Of a stretch of DNA of 64,000 nucleotides, positions 63,853 to 64,000 are shown in pieces; position 1 is the first letter of the stretch; every line of letters starts with the position of its first letter. The stretch comes from a virus (Duplodnaviria > Caudoviricetes), in IMG/VR virus record IMGVR_UViG_3300036713_000599; one strand, 5' to 3'. Position numbers and translations under genes: made by a program. The notes under the pieces are model-generated. The model was not told the origin of the DNA and searched no databases. It saw only the letters and a program-made list of their open reading frames with translations.

Positions 63853-64000
63853 ATGACAAATCCAGTCAAAGCATGGCACTTCATCCGTGATGATTCAACG
63901 ATCAAAACGTCCTCAATGAAAAGACCCCTCAAGGTCCATCAAGGACAAATTCTGAGGCATCGAGGTCCTCTGGAACTTTGCAGAAAGGGTCTTCACGCAA
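63853..64000 (+). CDS. Array paralog 5, truncated by the window edge
   Basis: MTNPVKAWHFIRDDSTIKTSSMKRPLKVHQGQILRHRGPLELCRKGLHA, open at the edge. Confidence 0.8.
   Translation, partial: MTNPVKAWHFIRDDSTIKTSSMKRPLKVHQGQILRHRGPLELCRKGLHA

Larger units (their letters stand above)
61123..64000 (+). repeat. Tandem array of at least 5 gene-sized units (about 610-730 bp) with a conserved intergenic element
   Basis: Spacer core ACCAGGTACCCAATTTGTTCCGAAC..CACACGAGGAATC recurs at about 61719, 62365, 63096 (variant) and 63802; partial at 61123. Confidence 0.95.

Noticed and set aside
61123-64000. Conserved intergenic repeats as a CRISPR array
   Set aside because: The intervening sequences are about 560-660 bp homologous coding genes, not unique 30-40 bp spacers, and no cas genes are present.
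1-64000. tRNA/rRNA genes and alternative genetic code
   Set aside because: No cloverleaf with T-loop/D-loop consensus or rRNA-like tract was found by eye. Conserved genes are uninterrupted under the standard code. A tRNAscan run would be needed to be certain.
1-64000. Window as a bacterial chromosome segment because of clpX, pyrE, rnhB, thyX and dam
   Set aside because: These genes are isolated from their usual operon partners and embedded among short orphan ORFs, endolysins and a phage-type replication module.

Overview
This 64 kb window looks like part of a large (probably jumbo) lytic dsDNA bacteriophage genome. It is densely coding, with many short orphan ORFs and no rRNA or recognisable tRNA. 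No terminase or clear capsid gene is visible, so the phage assignment rests on gene content. Left part (1.5-11.6 kb): replication module with SNF2 helicase, a loader-like Zn protein, DnaB with a mini-intein, a stand-alone primase CHC2 zinc finger, and a family A DNA polymerase with a LAGLIDADG intein. Next is a DUF2997/DUF1257/Ycf46-like AAA module split by a tnpB-only element and an IS605 MITE. Auxiliary genes follow: 5'-nucleotidase, two-domain ThyX, nitrilase-family hydrolase, ClpX, DUF1848, YkgJ, DHH, Dam, RNase HII, PyrE and Nudix. There is also a 1023-aa polyvalent protein (Nudix + kinase + topoisomerase IB + zincin), two modular endolysin-like genes, a complete IS605 (tnpA+tnpB), and a tandem array of at least 5 paralogous genes with variable AAxx repeats that runs off the right edge. 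Three cross-window patterns are not explained by the gene list. (1) A recurrent GGTG-TAnnnT promoter motif lies about 10 nt before start codons, implying leaderless mRNAs. (2) One IS605 family has docked repeatedly on this motif (its target motif TACAC is the reverse complement of GTGTA), leaving a 1739-bp full copy, a 318-bp copy that keeps the TnpB RNA scaffold with a different guide, a 36-bp minimal copy and end remnants. (3) A short (R)[IV]V[AST][RL][YWF] peptide tag recurs at protein termini and domain boundaries. All family names are from motif recognition, not database searches.
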